DNA from: an uncultured virus (IMG/VR IMGVR_UViG_3300011725_000001)
Lineage: Duplodnaviria > Heunggongvirae > Uroviricota > Caudoviricetes
IMG/VR virus record: IMGVR_UViG_3300011725_000001
Span: 62,001-93,023 of that record
Reading direction: 5' to 3' (one strand)
Length of the DNA stretch: 31,023 bases
A program made the translations under genes and the position numbers. Every line of letters begins with the position of its first letter. Position 1 is the stretch's first letter. The notes beneath the pieces are model-generated. The model did no database searches. It was not told the origin of the DNA and saw nothing but the letters and a program-made list of their open reading frames with translations. Below are positions 25,337-31,023 of this stretch, one piece after another.

Positions 25337-26086
25337 CTAAATATCTACATTTTCTGACAGCTCAATTTTTTCTAGTTTGTATGAAGAAACAGATTCCCTC
25401 ATTTTAAAAACCCTGATGCTTGAGCCAATTAAAGTCCTAGCATACGCTTTCAATTCTTCACTCGCTCGACAACCAAGTACAATTTCTTTTATTGATGAAG
25501 TGCTTATTTTTTTTATGCCAGCACTCCTAAATATTAATCTAAATTCCTTCTCATATTCCCACACTTTACTTTTGTGCATAAATACTGCGCGACTAACATC
25601 TTCAATGCTTGCAGTATAAAAGTTTACTGAAGGTGGTCTTTCTTCATATCTAACAAAGGCATGCGCTACAATATCTTTTGATATAAATTGGTTAAGAACT
25701 TGGTCGGAAAAACCAATGCAAAACCCAGAATGAGAGTGTGCATAATGAGACCACATTAGATAGTTGTCTGGGTCAAGCGTAAGGCATATAACGCCTGAAG
25801 TTTGAATTAGAGAGTGACGAAGATTTAAGGCATCATTACTTTTAGCAATTTTATCATTATTATCGATCCAAAAATTTACACCCTCCTCATTTATATGAGG
25901 CCAGATGAGGTTAATGCGCGCTCTAATTTCGCTTTTTGTAGCTTCAAAAGAAAAGTTAGCTTTTAATTCTGCGGGATCGTTAAATTCTTGTGGGGCAGTA
26001 GCTTTAATAGTCCCATTGTTCACGAAGCGTTGTAGATAATCGACTACCTTTTTAGGATCTTCATTCCCTACATATTTGTAAAGCAC
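25337..26086 (-). CDS. DUF2971-family protein
   Basis: LYKY, FNDP.E, LMWSHYA..HSGFCIGF, K...WEYEKEFR; AT-rich. Confidence 0.8.
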   Translation of the reverse strand: MLYKYVGNEDPKKVVDYLQRFVNNGTIKATAPQEFNDPAELKANFSFEATKSEIRARINLIWPHINEEGVNFWIDNNDKIAKSNDALNLRHSLIQTSGVICLTLDPDNYLMWSHYAHSHSGFCIGFSDQVLNQFISKDIVAHAFVRYEERPPSVNFYTASIEDVSRAVFMHKSKVWEYEKEFRLIFRSAGIKKISTSSIKEIVLGCRASEELKAYARTLIGSSIRVFKMRESVSSYKLEKIELSENVDI

Positions 26087-26140
26087 AACACTCTCCTTTT
26101 TAGTTGCGACCAGTTATTACAGTAAGCGAATCAAAGCTAT

Positions 26141-26566
26141 TTATCGGATGAATATATCGCCGCATTTGCTGCAATACCATTGCCTTTCGTAGCTTTCCCG
26201 CGCCCTGCGCCGGTTATGCCGGTTCAGGTATGCCACCAGCCCTGTAACCACTATGGCAAGGGCAGCGCCCGCCGCCAGCGACGATTGCAGCGTTGTTCCC
26301 TGCACGCAGAGAGCCAGCCAGGTAAACAGGAAGAACGCGCCGGTAAATACGATGCCTTCCAGTTTGCGGCCGGCGGGCGCATTACGCGATGCAGCAACTG
26401 ACTGGCGCGTTGATTTGCCCTGCCGCCGGCTGCCACCCGATCCCCGATTTGAGATCCTGCCCGTGTGGCTCACGCTGCGCGTCTTTGAGGTTCCCTGCTC
26501 ATAAACCGCCCTGCTCTTTTTGACGCTCCCTGATCCACAGTGCGGGCATTTAATCCTGATTTCCAT
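26141..26566 (-). CDS. membrane protein with split zinc ribbon
   Basis: CPHC at the N-terminus, two TM helices, CSKC at the C-terminus. Confidence 0.7.
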   Translation of the reverse strand: MEIRIKCPHCGSGSVKKSRAVYEQGTSKTRSVSHTGRISNRGSGGSRRQGKSTRQSVAASRNAPAGRKLEGIVFTGAFFLFTWLALCVQGTTLQSSLAAGAALAIVVTGLVAYLNRHNRRRARESYERQWYCSKCGDIFIR

Positions 26567-26638
26567 TTTTTACCATTCTGTATTGCTGTTATTGAAACAC
26601 TGACACCAGCCTGGTAGCTGGTGGTCAGTAAAAAGGTG

Positions 26639-27001
26639 TTAACGCCACTTTGGCAGGCCAAGCTGGTCAAATTCCACGTACAGCGGCAGGTCTGTTGTAT
26701 GCCGATGCCCCACCAGCGACTCCCGGCGCACCGGAATTTCGTCATACTCCACGGCGGTTTTATAGAAGTGTGCCGCCTCTATCGGATCTTCAAAGCACCA
26801 GCGGTACACGTAAGCGTCAGTGGGCGTGATCCCCATGCAGACGCTGAGCGTATACAGCAGCTGCAGCAGCCCGCACCAGCTGCCATCGGATAGCTGGCGG
26901 GCGTGGAGTATATGGCATTTGTTAGTCAGGAAGTCGCGCACTTCGCTTTCCGGCCAGCCCTCAAACGAGCCCCAGCCGTATTGCCTTAAACGGTCGTCCA
27001 T
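26639..27001 (-). CDS. hypothetical phage protein
   Basis: 120 aa; TGATG coupling with the upstream ORF. Confidence 0.7.
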   Translation of the reverse strand: MDDRLRQYGWGSFEGWPESEVRDFLTNKCHILHARQLSDGSWCGLLQLLYTLSVCMGITPTDAYVYRWCFEDPIEAAHFYKTAVEYDEIPVRRESLVGHRHTTDLPLYVEFDQLGLPKWR

Positions 27002-27309
27002 CAGCGCGCGAACGCCGGATTGGTGCTGGTGGCCAGCGCGGGCTTTTGGGACGGTTCACGCATGACATACACGGGAAACTCAATGCTCGCTGCCTTATCG
27101 TGAAAGAGCGGCACTGTCCGTGCCTCTGCGCCACCAGAAGCGGCGATCTCCACGTTTCCTACTGGTTGCCCGTAGATATCGTTAAAACACTCTGCGAGCG
27201 CCTGAGCGACGCTGTAATACGCCGGGTCAAAATCGGTACTGCCGTCAGGTTGCGGCTCCATGCTAAAGCCATGCGCCAGAAACAGCGCCCTGATTTCCTG
27301 TTTAATCAC
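27001..27309 (-). CDS. hypothetical phage protein (start uncertain)
   Basis: IRALFLAHGF...QPDGSTD motif typical of phage ORFs; GTG at 27309 chosen. Confidence 0.5.
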   Translation of the reverse strand: MIKQEIRALFLAHGFSMEPQPDGSTDFDPAYYSVAQALAECFNDIYGQPVGNVEIAASGGAEARTVPLFHDKAASIEFPVYVMREPSQKPALATSTNPAFAR

Positions 27310-27418
27310 TGGTGTTCTAATTCTGTTGCAGCAGTGATGCACCGTCTCTCGCATAATGTTGACGGATGTCAACACCAAGAATAGGATGCTTCTATTTAGA
27401 AAAGAAAGAGGAGGTACT

Positions 27419-27976
27419 ATGGCGCTTTATAGCTTCACTCTGACACTTTCAGGCGTAACGTTTGAGACCGAAGGACTGGAAGATGCATTATTTAATAGCG
27501 GCTGTGAGGATGCACTGATTTGCGCATATGGCCATTCCGTTTATCTGGGATTTGACCGCGAAGCAAAATCCCTGGATGAAGCCATTGCGTCTGCAGTTGA
27601 TAACGTGGAATCAGCCGGAATTGGCGCTATAGTTGCATCTGTCGATTCGGCGCTGGTGGGGCTGAGCGACATTGCGGAGAACACCGAAATGTCACGCCAG
27701 GCAATCGCCATGCTCAAAGACGGCACGCGCGGAAGCGGCAATTTCCCCTGCCCGGTCCAGCGCATCAAAGGCCAGTCTCCGCTTTGGGATTGGGCTGACG
27801 TTACTGAATGGCTGGCAAAAAATGGTCGAATTAAAGCGGATAGCGAACTGATTGTTAACGCCCACACCCTCAGTAAGTGGAATCTGGCGCTAAGAGCCAG
27901 TATCTCAAAGGACTTTGCAGAAGTAGAATCTATTGCCACCAGATTGATTGAGCGCCGTCACCTGACGCACTCATGA
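27419..27976 (+). CDS. HicB-like fold plus AlpA-type HTH DNA-binding protein (putative antitoxin, no upstream toxin)
   Basis: GAGGAGG RBS; FDREAKSLDEAI.SA...V and LVGLSDIA....MSRQAI...FP.P...PLWDW. Confidence 0.75.
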   Translation: MALYSFTLTLSGVTFETEGLEDALFNSGCEDALICAYGHSVYLGFDREAKSLDEAIASAVDNVESAGIGAIVASVDSALVGLSDIAENTEMSRQAIAMLKDGTRGSGNFPCPVQRIKGQSPLWDWADVTEWLAKNGRIKADSELIVNAHTLSKWNLALRASISKDFAEVESIATRLIERRHLTHS

Positions 27977-27992
27977 ATAATATGGAGAAATC

Positions 27993-28175
27993 ATGACCAT
28001 ACTGAAAAACACCCTGCCTCCTGAAGACGAAGTGCAGTTTCTGGCTTATCTTGAACATGATTTCAGTACACATCCAGAGAACATTATCCCGGCATCTGTA
28101 CTTTACTGGGAAAGAATAAAGGCGTTAGCTGCTGGTGTGGAAGTAGATTTAGACGCTACGCTCGCTAATCACTGA
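27993..28175 (+). CDS. PrlF/SohA antitoxin C-terminal-like peptide
   Basis: FLAYLEHDF..HPE...RIKAL..GVEVDLDATL; GGAG RBS; lacks the AbrB domain. Confidence 0.65.
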   Translation: MTILKNTLPPEDEVQFLAYLEHDFSTHPENIIPASVLYWERIKALAAGVEVDLDATLANH

Positions 28176-28201
28176 AAGCACGATTTTGATGGTGGTTTAA
28201 C

Positions 28202-28342
28202 ATGGCAACGCTGAAAGAATTAATGGACAGGCTCACCCCGGAACGCCGCGCTCGCGTGAAAGCCCGCGCGGCTGAACTCAACAAAGAAATCGAAGCCAGC
28301 ACGCGCCGGAAAGCGCAAAAAGATATAACAAAGGCTGACTAA
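28202..28342 (+). CDS. HigA-type antitoxin N-terminal-like peptide (46 aa, no HTH)
   Basis: Hand-translated MATLKELMDRLTPERRARVKARAAEL...; GGTGG upstream. Confidence 0.55.
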   Translation: MATLKELMDRLTPERRARVKARAAELNKEIEASTRRKAQKDITKAD

Positions 28343-28530
28343 TCGCGGTGCTGGTGGCGCTGAATGCTCGCCATATCCGGCACGGCACCGCCAAGCTCCG
28401 ACAGCTTTTTAGCAGCCTGCACCCGGATAAACGTCTTTAATGCCTCATTCAGAATATCTGCTTCGCCCATGCCCGGATTACCCAGCTCCAGCGCATACAG
28501 TTCATCATCAATCGTGAAAGTAACCTTCAT
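28339..28530 (-). CDS. VapB-type antitoxin (no vapC)
   Basis: MKVTFTIDDELY...EALKTFIRVQAAKKLSELGG..PDM. Confidence 0.7.
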   Translation of the reverse strand: MKVTFTIDDELYALELGNPGMGEADILNEALKTFIRVQAAKKLSELGGAVPDMASIQRHQHRD

Positions 28531-29132
28531 AAAATCGCCCTTTGTTTGCAGTCTTAGTTATTGGCGTGTCTGAATCGAGCAGTTGCAGGATTGCTTTCAA
28601 CAGGGCTGATTGCTTTCAGGTTGTCCCACGCCTAGATTATCATATCGATCCAGCCAAGCAGCCCTGCTTTCAGTTCATCCCGGTTTTCGCCTAGATGCTC
28701 AACAAAGACTTTCAGGCCGGCCAGTACAGCAATTTTTTTGATGCATCGCTGCTGGCTATAGTGGTATAGGCAATTTTTGCTATCCAAACAAATTATGTGC
28801 CAGCTCAGGAGATAATCTTTGACACTTCAATTGTTGCATATAAGTGATAAGTGCTGTAGCGACAACCGTCTGTCGTTATGAAACCAGCACTTTCACATTG
28901 AAAAGTGAAGCCTGTTGGGTTCGCAGAATACGCCGCGTAAGGGAGGGCACCAGTTTTATGATTCAGCAGGTTGCTGGTTTCATGGCGTGTTGCAGTGAGT
29001 TGATAAACAAGCCGCGTAATCCTTTACGCGGCCAATCGATATTTTCATTTTATTTTTTATTATCGGACATACACTCACATACCTGGGTCAGCACAAATAC
29101 TCCTGCATCATTAAGGTATAGCTTATGTTATA

Positions 29133-29459
29133 TCAAACAGCCATATGCCTGACCGGGCGAACGCAGCTTTTGAATTCCACGACCGGCTTATTTTCTTTTG
29201 AAATTTTTGCTGCAATATCGGCTGCACGCCTTACCTTTTTAGCAGGCTTTGCTTTAACTTCTGGCTTTGCCACACAATGCACGCAGAGTTTTACCCCTTT
29301 AAAATTGGCTGCCGCCACTGTTCTGGCCTGATTCAGCGAGTAGCAGCTTCCGATAAAAACACGAGCCGCCTGATCGGGCAGGTGCGCGCAATCAGCACGG
29401 TGAAGCAGTAAGCCTTCAGGATTGTTATCGCTTACGTAATATTTTAAAGCTGTGTACAT
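29133..29459 (-). CDS. hypothetical protein with HxxxC...CxxC metal-binding motif
   Basis: LHRADC...CVHC; AAGGA RBS before MYTALK. Confidence 0.65.
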   Translation of the reverse strand: MYTALKYYVSDNNPEGLLLHRADCAHLPDQAARVFIGSCYSLNQARTVAAANFKGVKLCVHCVAKPEVKAKPAKKVRRAADIAAKISKENKPVVEFKSCVRPVRHMAV

Positions 29460-29772
29460 GGTAAATCCTTTGCTGTTTATCATCTGATGTTAAATGATAT
29501 TGATTATTATTTACTTCACCTGATGGGATTTCATGCGTCACAAACGTGCCGATGACAAAAATAACTACGGAATATTCTTATAAGCGGATTAACACAAATA
29601 ACGTGATCCTTATCAACTACTATTTTTAGGACAAATTTAATTATTGGCCTGCAATTAACTTATGAAAGTTAATTTTTTAGTTTAAAAAACCATTAACTGC
29701 ATGATTTATATAGCCTATTCTCTTGGGCTAAATTTATGGGTAGTTCAGACCATATGGTCAAAAAAGTATTTC

Positions 29773-29860
29773 AGTACCAGCGCACTCATTTAAAAATTTT
29801 GATAAATCACAGTGTGAAATTAACGTATTCAAATAAAATGAATTAAAGTGCGCTGGTACT
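29773..29860. repeat. perfect 14-bp inverted repeat with 60-bp AT-rich spacer
   Basis: AGTACCAGCGCACT (29773-29786) / AGTGCGCTGGTACT (29847-29860). Confidence 0.85.
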
Positions 29861-29974
29861 TCAGTTTTTTGGAAAAGAAATTAACAGATGTTTCAGGCAT
29901 GATGCCGCGTGCGGCTGAAACAGCAACTCAGCGCAACTAGTGGGCAGCTATCAGCGTGTCATACAGAGCCCGAG

Positions 29975-30214
29975 CCTTTATGCTGCCCGCCCCGGTCAGG
30001 CTGAGCTACTTTCGATTGGAATCATCACTTTCCCGCACCACCAGCCGTGATCGTCTAGGCGAATACAGGATGCCCGGAAGTTGTTAGGATAGATATCGCC
30101 TGATCGCTCATTAATTATGTGCAGGATCGTTCGCTGAGGAACCGTTTGGCACCGGTTAAGGGAAAACTGATACAGAATGAGCAAAGTCTGTTTCTGAACG
30201 ACTGACAAGCGCAT
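29975..30214 (-). pseudogene. frameshifted small plasmid winged-helix gene
   Basis: MRLSVVQKQTL...NFRASC; the plausible continuation LVVRE...LSLTG lies in another frame and contains a stop. Confidence 0.45.
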
Positions 30215-30842
30215 ACTTGCCTCAGCTCGGCGCGTGTTGCCGGTAATGCACCTGCATGGCATAAAGATGTACAAATTGCCCTCACGTGGCGGGCGTAAAG
30301 CAGACTTGTATGATTAAACGATAAGGACAGGTATTTTCACTATGAGCGTGTCCTTCTCAATCATTTCCTGCAGCAGCGTATCGCGCCAGACTTTCCAATC
30401 CAGAGAACGGTAGCAAACGCTTAATCCCGCAGATTAAGATGAACTGTCTGGCCGGTTGCTTCAACTCGGGTTTTAATAAAGTACAGGACGGCGCTCTGAT
30501 CGCACGTAAGATTATCCTTATGGGCGCTGGCAGGCATATAGCCGACATAATCAGTAGTTGCCTGCTTTTATTGCACCTTTGATTCGCTGAGGCAGTTTGC
30601 GTATCCTGAGACTGTATTTGCCTTTGCCAGCTTCAAGCGGGAACTTCCGATCTTCTTCAGAAATAAACGCAGAAATCGGTTTGCCCTTACTGACTGCGCT
30701 TCAGCCATACAATTAAGCTAGGTCTATTTCGTTTTCATGACTTTAATAAGGTATCGTACAGGCATGTTTTGAATGCCAATTCATTCTGAAAGTAAATAAA
30801 TTGCTGTTTAAGTACATTCACAATATTTTTAGATTTGGGATT

Positions 30843-31023
30843 TCATCGCACAGCTATTCTTTGTAATTCTGCTGCAATCATCGCTCTATCAGCTTCTCCG
30901 GTAGCTGCGCTGACGGTCAGCTCTTCCAGAGCATTACCTTCCGGGTTCAAATCTATACCGTTACGGCGCAGGAAAAGCATCATTGCGAAAAATGCGGTTC
31001 GCTTATTATAGTCAGCGAACACA
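30843..31023 (-). CDS. doc: Doc toxin, C-terminal part (runs off window)
   Basis: Hand-translated VFADYNKRTAFFAMMLFLRRNG...LEELTVSAATGE resembles P1 Doc. Confidence 0.85.
   Translation of the reverse strand, partial: VFADYNKRTAFFAMMLFLRRNGIDLNPEGNALEELTVSAATGEADRAMIAAELQRIAVR

Larger units (their letters stand above)
1..31023. mobile_element. P1/D6-like phage-plasmid (circular prophage) segment
   Basis: P1 synteny pmgS...lpa-pacA-pacB-c1(reverse)-lox-cre-...-mat, plus plasmid partition genes and a Doc toxin; no chromosomal housekeeping genes. Confidence 0.93.

Noticed and set aside
28556..28790. Interrupted reading frame on the minus strand
   Set aside because: Possible gene remnant with an internal stop, but no family recognisable

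Overview
This window is about 31 kb of a P1/D6-like phage-plasmid (circular plasmid prophage), probably from an Enterobacterales host such as Pantoea. The host guess is inferred from a Dre/Panto-type recombinase and its target site. The recognisable P1-family backbone in P1 order is pmgS ... lpa - pacA (with internal pac site) - pacB - c1(-) - lox-type site - cre - two ORFs - mat, with a ParM/ParR pair between lpa and pacA and a dUTPase after mat. Four copies of an asymmetric 17-bp motif look like C1 operators. Four accessory regions stand out. (i) A ~2 kb largely non-coding array (1.7-3.7 kb) of tRNA-shaped RNAs with altered anticodon arms, alternating with long stems, followed by a Tad2/DUF2829-like fusion gene. 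(ii) An AT-rich two-gene cassette (HEPN-like protein plus an ATPase ending in a Zn-ribbon and an RNAP alpha-CTD-like HhH domain), bounded by inverted hairpin repeats; this is a candidate novel anti-phage system. (iii) Three tandem sRNA-like units near 20.8-21.2 kb. (iv) A cargo region with a TolA-like lipoprotein, a Fic protein with a convergent inhibitor, an O-acyltransferase, a DUF2971 protein and several toxin-less antitoxins, some reduced to their toxin-binding half. All protein family calls come from motif recognition and recalled reference sequences, not from database searches.
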